A DNA stretch of 56,950 nucleotides, the filler included, from Sluysia triapertura (taxonomy: Eukaryota), in assembly GCA_046118255.1 (NCBI GenBank). It is 4 parts of 4 records of this genome, joined end to end, with 100 filler letters (N's around TTAATTAATTAA, not from the genome) between each part and the next. Parts side by side here need not be neighbours in the genome. Positions count along the whole stretch, not along the records: positions 1 to 18,436 come from JBJNIA010150827.1; positions 18,537 to 34,161 come from JBJNIA010223464.1; 2 more parts are not named here. One strand, written 5' to 3'. Below the pieces are notes generated by a model, which saw only the letters and a list, made by a program, of their open reading frames with translations, searched no databases and had not been told where the DNA came from. A program made the position numbers and the translations under genes. Below are positions 11,780 through 24,600 of this stretch, piece after piece (within the stretch, counting starts at the first letter, position 1; every line of letters begins with the position of its first letter).

Positions 11780-13248
11780 CTTTCTGTATGTACAAACACA
11801 ATGTTTATTATAACAAATTAACAATACTATTTAATAAATAAAACACGAATAAACACTATTACTTATTTATAGTTTCCAATTTTAGTACACTTTTAATTAC
11901 ACTATATTACATTTAGTTAAATAAATTTCGATTCAAAAGTTTAGGACTTATTTTGTAAGTATATCATTGTATTACATTAGGACTTCCCCATTTATATTTA
12001 TATTTTAATATTTACAGGGTAATGGTGCGTGGATTTAAACTTAGTGAATACGAAAAATGAAATATTGATGCATATTTCAAAAAAGGGAAAGCAATGTAAT
12101 TGTTGCCAAAAAAGTTAAGCAGATCAAGACATGCGATATCCAATTATTTGGATAATAGTTATAAAAAGCAATGGAAATAAATGGGCCATCCTAAGGCACT
12201 TTCTAATCGACAAAAAAAGAGTATATTAAGGCATACCAAAATTACAACTCGCACAATGTCAGATTTAGACCTAAACTGCAGTAAAACAACAGTATGGAGA
12301 ATATTAAAAACGTGGTGAGGTCGAATTCATTAAAATGCTTGCTAAACCTTCACTTACTGATACTTATAAAATAGCAAGAATTAACTTTTTCCGAAAATCA
12401 TTTTAATAACGACACTGACTGGACCAAGATAATATTCTCAGATGAGAAGAAATTTAATTTGGATGATCCTGATGGTTATAAATACTATTGGCATCATCTA
12501 AAAGATTCAAAAGAAATATTTTCTAAGAGAATTTGTGGTCGAGGATCAGTTATGATATGAGGTGCCATAATTTATGATATAAAGCTAGCTTTACGTATGG
12601 TTCCACCAACTCTTAAGGGAGATAAGTACTATGATTTGATAAAAGAAGTAGTTCCGTATGTCAAACTTCCAGAAACAAACAATATCATCTTTCAGCAGGA
12701 TAATGATCCTTGTCATCGATCTAAAACTACACTTAATAAGTTCAGTGAAGATGGATTAAAAGTATTAGAGTGGCCAGCAAGATTCCCTGATCTCAACCCA
12801 AGATAAAATTTATGGACTCAATTATTCTTTAAGGTGTACAGTCAAGGAAAACAGTATAACAATATATCTGAGCTAAAAAATGCAATATTGGATGCTTGGA
12901 AAAAGATTGAAGTAAAATGTTTAAATATACATTGATTAATTCGGTGACAAATAGTTATATAGAGGTATTGAAAAACTCAGGAACATCAATAAAATACTAA
13001 TTTTGTACAATACCTTGTATAGTCTCTTAAATAAAAAGTTTGTATAATGTGTTCTGTAGTTTTAAAACAGAATTTATTTGTCTAAATGCAATGTGGTAGT
13101 TATAAATATAATAAAAATGGAAATTATAAATAAATAGTAATTTATTCATGTTTATTTATTATTTGTGTAATTAATTTGTTGTGATACAAATTGTGTTTGT
13201 ATATACAGAAAAAATAGGGCGTGTCCTCTACTTTTGAAACAGGGTGTA
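11780..13248 (+). mobile_element. Degenerate Tc1/mariner (Tc3-like) DNA transposon with long inverted repeats
   Basis: Disrupted transposase about 12022-13000: MVRGFKLSEYEK (HTH), DWTKIIFSDEKKFNLDDPDGYKYYW, IFQQDNDPCH, LEWPARFPDLNP. Inverted repeat 11780-11890 vs 13110-13212. Right end cagggtg-TA at 13240-13248; the outer left end is missing. Confidence 0.92.
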
Positions 13249-13535
13249 GGTTACAGTAAAAATTTGAAATATTATCATGCTTTCAAACGTGGACCAATTG
13301 GATGGTGGGTGATCTGTACTTGGAAAAGCATTACAGAGAGATCATTAAACAGATTGACTGATTGATATTTCAGGAAGGCAAAAAAGCAAAGTTTCATGGA
13401 TCTTAATATGAATATTGTGTCCAGAATTAATGTTGAACATGATAAAATAGTTGTATACCTTCTAAAATACAATGTTAACTCTATTATGAAAATTAGGCTA
13501 TTTAAGCTAAATAAATTGTTAAAATATAATTTCAG

Positions 13536-13821
13536 ATGTGTGCCGTTGCAGAAAATTCCGTCAAAGCTTATGAAACTGGCGAAGAAATGATATTGAATCT
13601 TGAATCTTTGAAATTGCCTGACACATATCATAAAACAATTCAGTTGAAATCAATGGAACGTTTCTTACCGACAGAAGGATTTTTTAATCCTGAAATTTAT
13701 TCTCTTGATGTTAAATCACTACAACAATTGATTAAAAGTAGTATTGATTCCTGTCCCATGGATTATAGGAAAACTTTGGCTGCGAATATATTTCTGTCCG
13801 GTGCAGCTACACAGTTTCCAG
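13536..13821 (+). CDS. Divergent actin-family (actin-related) protein, penultimate exon
   Basis: tttcag acceptor and G|gtataa donor; MERFLPTEGFFNPE...IDSCPMDYRKTLAANIFLSGAATQFPG matches actin ERF.CPE.LF.P...CD.D.RKDLYAN.VLSGG.TM.PG. Confidence 0.85.
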
Positions 13822-14526
13822 GTATAATTATATTGAAATTTTTATGTAACGCAATGTTTCATGTTTGAAGAACTATCTGCACACAAGCTGGAATTAAGAA
13901 CTGTCCATCCAATTGAAATCAGTCTTATTATTGGCTGCTGCGAAGTCTTGAACACCGAGACATCGTCACAGCTAATAGAATTAGTTAATACGAATACCAT
14001 GATAGAGAAAAATCAAGCATAACCAGTGATGTGCATGTTTGAAAGTTGACCATCATTTCTAAATTCTTCATATTTTAAATACGCCAATAAATAATCAAAT
14101 AAATTATTACAATTTACTTCTTGCCTTATTATAATTATCATTATTTATATCATTGTTTCAATATGATAACATAAAGTAAAGTATAAGCAAATAAGGCTTA
14201 AATTTTTTTGAGCTTTGTGCAAAAATTAGTTTTTAATGTGGAAGTACTTATGTTAAAGAGATTACGATGACTCACTAGCAGTGTAGCAGAGAAATGACGG
14301 TGTCTTGAACCAATCTAATAGTACATAGCAACAGCATATTTTGCGACATTTGGAAAACTAAGGATGGATTCGATTGGATATTACTAGTATTTTACTTATA
14401 TGTGAAAGAAGTCATTCAATTGACACAAAGTAGTAATTTGTGACTACAATAATAAGTAACTCCAATAATGTATCCATTGAAATATCTTCTACGAATATAA
14501 ATAAATTTCGTTAAATTCTTATTTAG

Positions 14527-14732
14527 GTCTTGCATGTCGTCTAGAAACTGAGTTAAAGAAATTATTTTCAACTTCAATTCAAGTGCATGTGGTTTCCAGT
14601 GACGACCGTGCTCATTATTCATACATTGGTGCAAGTCATGTGGCTAGTATGGATGACTTCGACAAAAGAATTATTACACAAGTTGAATGGGAATTATCGG
14701 AATTGTGTGCTTCAAAAAAATGGATATTATAA
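14527..14732 (+). CDS. Actin-family protein, last exon (not in the ORF track)
   Basis: tttag acceptor, phase-compatible with the previous exon: GLACRLETELKKLFSTSIQVHVVSSDDRAHYSYIGASHVASMDDFDKRIITQVEWELSELCASKKWIL*, matching the actin C-terminus (PPERKYSVWIGGSILASL). Confidence 0.85.
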
Positions 14733-15489
14733 ACACTTTATTCAGAGTTTTTATTGATTTATTATTTCTTTTAATCTTTAATAATTAAAAATTTTCAATA
14801 TTTGACATTATTTTATTAAGAATAATCAATTTTAAAGTTTGAATGAGAATAAAAGTCAAATTTTCATATTAAAAATAAAATTCATAACACTTACTTAGCA
14901 GTTACAATATAATTTTTAATTATCTACTTATAATAGTGAGTAGCTAATAAATATTTAACATTAATCATAAAAGGTGTTTTATTTAAACAAAACCCGGTAA
15001 TTATTTTTTGCTACTATTAATTAATTGCTCTAATTTATTATAATATCTTTAAAATAGCAGAGATTTTGATTTTTCACTCTTAAATTTATAATTATTTTAT
15101 TATTATCATAAATTGGTTTTTATTTTTATATCGTGTGTGTGTGTGTGTATTGTTTGATATAATTACAAATTATTTTCTTCCTAATTTTAAGCCAGATATA
15201 TAATCCATGTTAGGTACCTGTTTTATCTGGTACGCTAAAATGAAACTTAACCTGTGATATCTGACGCAAACGATAAGTTTGTTATATCTTTCAAAACCTA
15301 AGCCTACCAGAAGCAAAACAAAATAGACTTAGTTATATAATGCTATATTTTACACTTGAAAAACATTTAAATAATTTTTATTCAAAAAAGAAATTATTTT
15401 GACTAAAAATTATCTTGCTCAAAACATTCTGAGCAATAAAAAGGCAGACTGAGCAATAAGTTGAAACCTTTTTATTTGGGCATAACATT

Positions 15490-16200
15490 CTTATTTTCTT
15501 ATGGGTTGTTGTTTTTCAGTTATGTTTGAACCTATATTAAGCATATCAGTAAGCAAATGTTCACGAAATTGTCTAATTTCCTATATTGCTTTTCGTATAG
15601 ATTTTATATTTAAGCATTTAAGACTGATATTCTAAGAATATATTTCTGTGGCTAACTTGAGGTACTGTTTTATTACTTTCCAAAGACTATTTGCGTAGGA
15701 ATCAATTTGATCTGAAATATCTATCCCTGCTATACCCTTACACTATAAGAACAAATGCAAAGTGCTTTTTGTTTATTATTTCTTTGCCTACTTGTGCTGG
15801 TTGAAGTTATGTTTATATCCACTATTTATGGGGCTTGTTTCGAGTATATAGGCAGCTAAGTACTACATTACCATTTTTATCTTCTTTCTTTAATTTAATA
15901 GCTCTTACTTGCTCTTATAGTGCCCAAAACGTGCGTCTTTTGACGAAGAAATGCCAATGCTAGCGGATAACCGGTATAGAAGCTGTCCATATATGACGTT
16001 CTACCTTCATTTAGAAGCCCTTTTGGTAAATCCTCGCAAATTTTTGCGGTTAAGCCTTAATTTTCTTTACTTTCATTCAATGAATGAGTATAATTATGAT
16101 CATTTATTGAATCATCTAAACTAATATTCTCTGTATTCTTCATCAGCATTTTCTTTCAGTTCATTCATATTTCAAGATAAATTTACAACGTGAAATTCAA
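15490..16200 (-). mobile_element. Degenerate, internally deleted piggyBac transposase relic
   Basis: Minus strand: LLNEGRTSYMDSFYTGYPLALAFLRQKTHVLGTIRASK (MDNFYTS...GTLR motif) and GIAGIDISDQIDSY...KLATEI (GGVD..DQ motif); multiple stops. Ends not defined. Confidence 0.85.
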
Positions 16201-17039
16201 TCGAAAGAAAAATTCATTACGTAGAAACATGACAACCAGAAATAATCATTTAATAAAATCCTACGAAATAAATTCTGCTTTCCATTCAGAATGCCCTTGT
16301 TATACAAAACAAAAACAGCAAAAGTTTAGACCGTAATTTATAATTCAATTTCTAAGTTACTTTTTTCAAGTGTATTAATAACATTGAATTAAAATACTCT
16401 CATCGGCGTTACGTAAAACATAATTTATATAATTTAACAGAACATTTAAAATCCAAGCAAGTAATAATTACATTAACTAACGATTATATTAAATCAGAAT
16501 TATTAATTTGTCAGAATTATTAATTGGATCATATTTAAATTCATAAAAAACTAATCTCGCTATATTAGCGGACTGTAATCAATCAAGAATAATGTTTCTT
16601 TGTAACCTCCGACAAGCTCGCATTATTTATCTTTTGCTGACACCTATGAGTTGGCCCTAAACTGTATAAGCCCAGTACAATATAAAAAGGAAAATAAAAG
16701 CATTAAAACCACAAAGTAAATGTCACAATTAGAAACTTACATAATTTTTATATTAAAACTGAGTTGATATTAGCATGTCTGCTTTGATATAATGAATCGA
16801 GTCTAGTCACTCTGACGAACTGCTGAAAATAAAATTTTCTCTGGAGGAGTATTGTCGAACAAAGCTTGTAAAATGGCATCGAATAATTAATCACGTTATA
16901 TCACGTACAAAATTGTAGAACTACGAACCGAATTGTAAAAATCAGAATCGTAAAATAGTGACCACGAAAAGTTAATCGACACTGTTGTAAATTTTGTATT
17001 TAGTCACAATCGTTTATATTAATTCAGTTTGTACATAAT

Positions 17040-17780
17040 GTAAAGGTATAAAAAAAAATTTTATTTTTATTTATATATTTTCAAATTAAAAATTATAAGA
17101 AATTATTATTATTATCTTTCTTTAAAAATTATAAATGAAAAAATTATAATAATAATAATTATTATTATTTACAAAAATTATAAATTAAAAAAGAATTTAA
17201 AAGAATGTTCTAGACAAAGAAGTGTTTTACGGAGTAATTTTTAAATATATTTTTATGAGTATATAAAGAAAACAAAGAAGAACAGAAGCCATAATTAATT
17301 TGTCATCAATTCAAGATTAATTAATACGTTATTGTTATTACACCATTTGCATGAAATTTTGAAGAAACCATAGTTGTTGCAGCAAACGCCATTAATTCAA
17401 AAAATTATCAATTCAATCCACCGTTTTTTGGTTATTCTCTGTGCTCCAGTAATCACCAAGTTCATTAATTCTCCAGCGTATACGATAAGAGGGATTGCAA
17501 TTTCCAATTCTCAGGAAGCTAATCATTCAAATGACCTCGAAAACACTTCCTGAGCTTGAACATTAATTTATTAATTGCATGAGTAAGTTTGTTTCATATA
17601 GTTTGAAAAGCTCGCTAGAGTTAAAATATTTACGTGAACTACCTAATTTTCGGTTGGTCTTAAAGATCAATCATAAAATAATTTTAAAATCCAAAATCAT
17701 CGCATTTTAGTTGGCCCTTAAGGTCAATTATAAAATCCTTGTCAAAAGGTAGAGTCTTCGGGCTAGACCTTTTATTATAA
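17040..17780 (+). repeat. Dispersed repeat, copy 1 (possibly LTR-like)
   Basis: Collinear with 53990-54655; shares ttttagttggcccttaaggtcaattataaaatcctt...ggtagagtctt.ggctagacct, with an internal tandem duplication of the ttggtc/ttggcc..ttaag.tcaat unit. Confidence 0.8.
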
Positions 17781-18436
17781 GTGTGAGTGTGTGAAGTATA
17801 GAGAATAAAGATTAAGGATTAAAAACGCGAGTTCACCAACGTACTAGACTTACCAGCTAGGGCCAGCCGTTGCGTTTGTGAAGTGAAAGTATTGAATGTT
17901 TAAAAAAATTCAGAAGACTTAAGGTTATGTCAGATATTTGGAGGTTTTGTACTCGTCTATAAAATTTATTCAATATTTTAGGATCCTTTGAAACAGGATC
18001 GAGAATAATTAATTTGCGCCTTTAGAATTATACTCTAACAAATCTACCTGAGTGATGATTATTATAATAACTATAATAACTATAAAAATTATTATAAATC
18101 AAAAACAATAAATGTGTCTTAAAGGTTTATTATTTACAAAAATTTTTATATATAAGAGAACAAAATTATTACGATAGAGTTAATCAATTCTTAGCTCTAT
18201 AGGTAATTTTAAAAAATGATGTTTCGAAGGATCCAAAATAATTATAAAGAGAATTTAAGTGAGATATTACGAGATATCTTAACGATATCAATACTTTATT
18301 AAAATAAACTAACGTAAAGAGTCCAATACAAGAGAAATAAGATTTCTTCAAATCTGGATGCTAATCTCTGGGCCTCGCTTTAAATGTCAAGACTATGTAT
18401 TATTGTGGTGAAAGTTATGAAAGCTATGTCTTTATA

Positions 18437-18536
18437 NNNNNNNNNNNNNNNNNNNNNNNNNNNNNNNNNNNNNNNNNNNNTTAATTAATTAANNNNNNNN
18501 NNNNNNNNNNNNNNNNNNNNNNNNNNNNNNNNNNNN
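18437..18536. other. Artificial 100-bp contig spacer (44N-TTAATTAATTAA-44N)
   Basis: Identical spacer at three places; the linker has stops in all six frames. Confidence 0.95.
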
Positions 18537-18630
18537 GTACGCCATAGGTAAGTCGTATACTGTAAACGGACTCGTAATAATTAATTATTTTGCTGTAGGT
18601 AAGTTTTTAGGTTTAAAAAGAACCCAGCAG
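18537..18630 (+). repeat. Repeat module C copy at contig start
   Basis: gccatag GTAAGTcgtatactgtaaacggactc...ttttgctgTAG GTAAGT. Confidence 0.8.
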
Positions 18631-21600
18631 ATTTCAGTATAATTTAACTAAACTTCAACTTTGTTAATTAAATTGTATTAATTTATATTTAATTAATTAT
18701 ATTTATTAATTAAATTGATTGAACGTATACTTACCTTTATTATTTAATAAAATGTTTCGTTTTTTCATGCTTATTTTGTTTATTATCAAATAATCCAAGG
18801 GAAATTGAGAAAGAATTTGAAAGATTAGGACTATAATTCATACTGACTAAGCACTTCCATTTCTTAAAGCAGAGACGAGTAGTGAACTCATTGAAGCAAA
18901 TATTCTATAACTTTAATCCAAAATTCACTTAGAAGAAAAAATGTTAGAAAAGTAGTGGTGATTAATAGCCTCACAGAATAAAAGTAGATGAAAGTGACTT
19001 CACCAACGTATCTAGACTTAAGGATTACGGATAGAACGTTGGATTTTTAGAAAAACAATAACGTGAGAAAATTCTGGAGGTTAAAATAATGTAATTGGGT
19101 TTGTGTTACTCTCCCATAAATAAAATTTCAATTTATTTTTATTAAAGTTATATTACTAAGATTCTTTATTAAACAAAACCTGAGGGCGAATAAGGTCAAT
19201 TTACTTTATTAATAATTAGTAATGATATGTTACAAGGTTCCCTATCAAATAGAACCTAGGAAAAGCCTTATGCTAATTTATGAAGATTCCTTATTTATAC
19301 AGAATCGTTAAAAGTCAATTATATTATAAACTGGACCGAAATAATTACTAATAAAAGGCTTTAGTAATGACTTTACTAAGGTTCGTTAAAATGAACCTGT
19401 TTACTCAATTATTCAATGATTTTAGCAATAATTAACAATTAAGAAAACGATATATTGATGTAACCAAAATAAATAATACATTTGGCTTACTAAATATCAA
19501 GATAATAATTTGCGAATTTTAAAAGATTATTTTGGATTAATAATCTTGTCTAAGCAGAGTTTAAAAAATATTTTACTAAGTTAACAAATTAAATGTTAAC
19601 TAAAAGATTTATCTGAGCAATATTAAATTATTGCATAAACTTATGTAAACAAAACTAACGAATCATTAAATCTTTTTCCCGCAATGAATTTCCAACTAAA
19701 ATTTGGATATAAAATTTGGATATATAATGACATAATAATTAAATACAAAGATATTAAAGTTCATAAGTATTAAAATTTATATACAAAATTCATAGGGTTA
19801 TCGACAAAAATAAAAAAAGCCCAACAAATACTAGTAACATCAAACATATTTATATTTAAAATATTAAATTACCCATTGTTTCGTCTTACGTTCGATTATA
19901 TTATTCTCTTTGAATTACTGTTACAACGAGATTTTTCCATTTTAAGTTACAAATAAGACATACAAAGTCTCTCTCAAATTCAAACTTAATTTGCATTACA
20001 TTTAAAATAAAGAAGCATCTACAGACCATAAAAACATGCATTACAAGTTTTAAAACATATATGCGCATTAAATGTTACAAGAATGCTAGAATACTGATCA
20101 CAAGTATACTGGAAAATTTATTTAGAAATAAATTAAGGCTTCTCACAGTACTTATTTTAAATATTTGCGATTATAAATATCAATCCTAATCTACCAATCA
20201 AATTTTGCTAACCAACCCAAAAACCATAAAATTCATAGAAATTCTTCTTGAGGATCAATGTATACTATAATTCGTTACGTTGATAAGTATAAAAGAATTG
20301 AGCGATAAAGTTAAATTTTTACGCAAATAATTTATCTTTTACATCTTTTTGTTTTATTGAATTCTTGTCATTGATTACATTACAAGGTTTACATTTAAAT
20401 AAATCGACAAAATATAAAAAGAAAATAAAAACATGTCACAAAATTAATTATCAGTTTGAAAGAAGTTCAAATAATCGTAAGAACTTATCAAATTATATTA
20501 AAAGCATTCCACACTAAACGGGTTTATTTAACCTTGGAATCAACAATCGAAAGATAAGCGAGAATCAAAAATACATTGTAAATTTAAAAATAAAAGCATT
20601 AGATATAAATGTAAATATAAAAGTATATTGAGTTATTCGAAATACTAAATATAAAAAGATGCTTATATAGTTTTATAACTTTATTAATATAAAACGTGAT
20701 AATCTTTTATGACTCGTAAAATCAATGAGTTTTACAAAACCTATACAATGATAAAATCACTTTTAATATTTAATCACACATCAGCAATAGTATCTATTTT
20801 CCGAATTTATTAACTTAGTTTGAATTCATTATTAATTTAATAACTAAATTGAAATTAATAGATATTGAAAATATCTATAATATTTTAAATTTATTGTAAT
20901 AATAATATAATGGTATAAAATAATGAAATGGAATAATAAAATATATTATAAATAAAACAATGGACAAAAGTAATTTTGGAATGGAAAACAATTTTTATAA
21001 AAATTACATCCAACACTATTATAAAAAGAAACTGAATATAAAATGAAGGTAATTTGGTGAAAAATCTATTGAAGAAGCAAGCAAGTAATTTGGCGAAACA
21101 TTCATTTCAAAGCAATTTGGTGCAAATTTATTAATCTGAGTGGAGATTCGAGATTCTCAAGGGGCATTCAATTTGATTCAAACTCATTCCAGGTATTTAA
21201 TTGAAAGAAGAATCGAGGTATTCCATTATTAACTAGTGACATATTTTAATTTATTTTAACGTTATAAAATCAGAATAACATTTAAAATAAAATTATAAAG
21301 ACTTTTTTAAATAAAAAACTCAAAAACTTTGAAAAAAATTAAAGTCACTTTAAACGTAGAATATTTTGTCATTCTGTCGATATATTTTATTATTCTTGTC
21401 ATGGAGTTTATAGTAAATTACTTTTTATATATCAGGTTATTAAATTGCTATTGTTTACAATTCATAAATAAACCTTAGTGAGTTTAGTTTATTTTACTTC
21501 ACTTAGTTAAAGAGGGAAAGATGTGAATTTTCTTTTATTCAACAAAATTGCACTTCTATCTCTTACATCATAGACTAGTGAACAGTAACCTCATTAAGCT

Positions 21601-24600
21601 CAAGTCGCAATCTTAGCACACATAATTCAAGTAGAAAGTCCTAAGTTTTAAGTTATTAGCAAAGTTAGATATTATTTTTATTCTAACATAATCATGTGTA
21701 GTTTGATATTTGAATTTTGAATCAAATATTAAATACATATAAGATATTTGTGCAATATTCCAACAATCTAAAGCTGGTAAGATTTCAAAAATAGGTGTAC
21801 ACTTCGTATGTTGTAAAAACAAACGTCATTGTAATTTGAACTAGATACGCATACAATATCTCTTGATAAATTTGAGTTTGATTATTCATGTTTTGAAACT
21901 ACATTTCAATATGAAAATCCATAAAGTAATAAAAGATAAAAAGAATGAAAAGAATAAACACGCATATAGAAGTGCAAACATAGATACATAATTACATATA
22001 TACATGCATAAAAACAAAAGGGAAGTGAAAAAGATAAGATAAAGTAATTTTGACAATAAAAATTGTAACAATTATAAAGATGAAAATTTGATTATTACGT
22101 AGTTTAATGTAATAATAGTGATAGAGATACGATGATATAAAATTATTTGTAGAGTTATTATTGTGATAGAAGTTATGATAACAATAAACATAATTAATGA
22201 CAATGACTTTGTTTTTTGATTGAATCAAGTAATTTATTTAGTGTTTTGTTTATGTAAGAAATGTTCATATGCGATGAAGTGTGTTTGTAAATTTGATATG
22301 AAAATGTGGAGTTCCCTACGGAAAGTAATTAATCATTTTGCGCAGTCTTGTTAGAAGTGGATTAGTTATAATAATAAGCACCACACTAGTGATGACAATA
22401 ATGATACTAATTATGACAAAATAGCTAAGCTCTAAAATTTTATGTTGAGGTTTAAACGATGAAATGTAAAATGTTTCACAGATGAGTAAAATGTTTAGAG
22501 AGGTGTAGTAGATGTTCTTTAATAGTAGATATTGAATGTGTAGTGTTTCTTATGCAACTTCTTTGTTTTTGGCTCAAGGTCTGGCGTTATTTTGCTGAAG
22601 TAAAACTTTATTTTTATCTTAATTAATTTTGGATAGTAATGATTCAACTTCTTTTAATCTGATAACAATATGTCGAACGACTGACCATACTGAATCCATT
22701 CGAAATGAACTACATCATCAAAATTCCACAAAACACAACTATACCTTTTTAACGACTAGTTAACCAGTGTCAGTATGTTATTAACAATACTTTAAAAAAA
22801 TCTTATTTCGTTGGGATAATCTGTTAAACATATACGTAATCTCTTCGTTGATATGTATCCAAATCAAATGGTATTTTCTTGTGATACTTATTAGTATCCG
22901 TTGTATCACCTCATATGAAACATGACGATCTGTTACTTTTAAACAATTACATATTGACAATTCTGGGATATCAGAGGAAATAAGTAACCACTATAATCAC
23001 ATTGGTTTATTTAAATTTATTTAAATGTATACAACTTTTTCTTTTCAGTGACCATCTCATGCATGTTTATTGCATATTGGAGCCAGACTTACAAATATGA
23101 CAGAATCCTTTTATATGGCTTTTGAAAATTTTTAGTTTGAAATACATCATTGCTAAATTATCAGAAATTCTCTCCTGGGTTGTTATTTGTGAAGTTGAAA
23201 GAATTGTAGTAGAGCATAAATGGATTATATGCTGCTCCATCTATCAAGTTGTAAAACAAAGACAACGAACAAAAACGAATAGCTTTTTTCGTTGAATAGC
23301 AGCACGTAATGCAGTTAGGAGCTGTAGTTGTAGTGAATGAAGGCCCATAACCAGCTTTTCTTAAACATTAACATAACACCATTAATTTCTATCCAATCAC
23401 TCTACATTCTAATTTATACTTGATTTTTCTACCACACCAACTTAAATTGTAAATACACTGTAAAACTACTTATTAAAATTAGATGTTTTTTTTACTATTG
23501 TTCTATTATTATTGTATCACTATATACAGATTGTAGTTCATCAGATATATCTTATCTGTTCATAGCGAACAAATTGCTAATAATGATTCTTCTTTTTTTG
23601 TAGTGAAAATAAGTTTCAGTCTAGTTTTTACTTTAATTAGATGATTGCTTTTGGCATAATTTTTTTTACATCTACTAGGTTTGTTTCAACAACATATGTT
23701 TTTTGTCATACAGAAAATTATTTGTCGCATCGCCTTAGTTCAGATGGATTAAACATTATCAACAAACATCTTCATCTTAAGGTATCTAATTAATCAACTT
23801 GCAATTCATTATAAATTGCTCAAGAACATCTAATTTGTGCCAATTTATCATTACGATCTATGATGCTTTTATATCGAATGAGAATTCCGCAATATCTTTT
23901 TCATAATTGATGATAATACATAATTTTCTATCCAGAATTCACGAATGCTTTCATTCTTACCTTTAATTACACCAATTTTAATCACTGCTTTATCATCACG
24001 TTCATTAATTCAAGAGTCGTAAAATTATCTAAGCATCTTATTGGAGTTTCTTTCTTTCTTTTAAATCCTTTGAAACTACATAAAATATTCTCTGCAGAGT
24101 TCATCTTTCTGTGTCTGTTAGTTAAAGTACTATTTTAACTATTATTTGATTGAACAAAGAAATTTAACGATGACAATATCGCTAAATTTGCAGATGTTCC
24201 TCTACTAGATCAAGAAGTACGAATAGATGAGCTGTTACCACACCGTAACCCCAAAATGTATTATTTACTTAAAATTGGATAAGAATAAATCAGAATATAA
24301 TGCAGAAGTACTTCGCTAATATCTTCATAACATTTACTTATTAGATGAACCGACAGAAGTTTTAAACTTTATCTTTGAACCAGATAAACATATTACGACA
24401 AATTCTATAAATATAAAAATGAGAGTTAACGAATTTAAGTTGCAAAAGGGCAAAAAGGACTTAAATCAATGGTCTCAATACAGCATATATTTAAGTCGTA
24501 CGAAACCTTTGAAGTCTGTCGGAAAACAAGTACGGTACGCTTGCGAAATTTGTGTAATGAGACAAGGGTTACGACGAAATTTGCCTTATTGATAAACTAA

